Source of the DNA: Perkinsus olseni
Lineage: Eukaryota
Assembly: GCA_013115125.1 (NCBI GenBank)
Contig: JABANN010000093.1
Location: 55,730 to 75,729 of the forward strand
DNA length: 20,000 nucleotides
Direction of reading: 5' to 3'
The notes under the pieces were generated by a model. That model worked only from the letters and a program-made list of their open reading frames with translations, was not told the DNA's origin and did no database searches. The translations under genes and the position numbers were made by a program. Positions 20,000 through 20,000 of the stretch are shown here, piece by piece (within the stretch, counting starts at the first letter, position 1; the number at the start of each line of letters is the position of its first letter).

Positions 20000-20000
<1 letters not shown>

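Noticed and set aside
1-20000. Programmed frameshifting or stop-codon recoding to explain the fragmented ORFs; CRISPR or other prokaryotic systems
   Set aside because: The frame changes checked are explained by GT-AG introns. No repeat-spacer arrays, transposase or reverse-transcriptase motifs were seen.

Overview
Gene-dense eukaryotic nuclear DNA with many short (~35-65 nt) GT-AG introns and ~100-300 nt intergenic gaps. This style, and an apicomplexan-like SF1, suggest a Perkinsus-like alveolate (inference). Most listed ORFs are exon fragments or antisense shadows. Splicing by eye gives about 11 genes in three co-directional blocks. Minus block (1-7.7 kb): a coiled-coil protein, a TM plus C-terminal J-domain protein, a SAXO/MIP-like protein and an MGC-start PP2C phosphatase. 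Plus block (7.9-12 kb): a Pro-rich hypothetical protein and splicing factor 1 (SF1/BBP). Minus block (12.4-20 kb): four tandem, diverged RWDD2-like (RWD+DUF1115) paralogs and a partial BACK plus discoidin-like gene. Most notable: (1) a 52-nt spliceosomal intron made mostly of a tRNA 3' half; (2) a 412-nt SF1 intron hiding an in-frame RS-repeat, stop-containing cryptic exon (candidate poison exon); (3) the four-copy RWDD2 array with motif-divergent copies, one carrying an expanded 304-nt intron with a hairpin and an Sm-site-like motif. All exon boundaries were read manually and are unverified.
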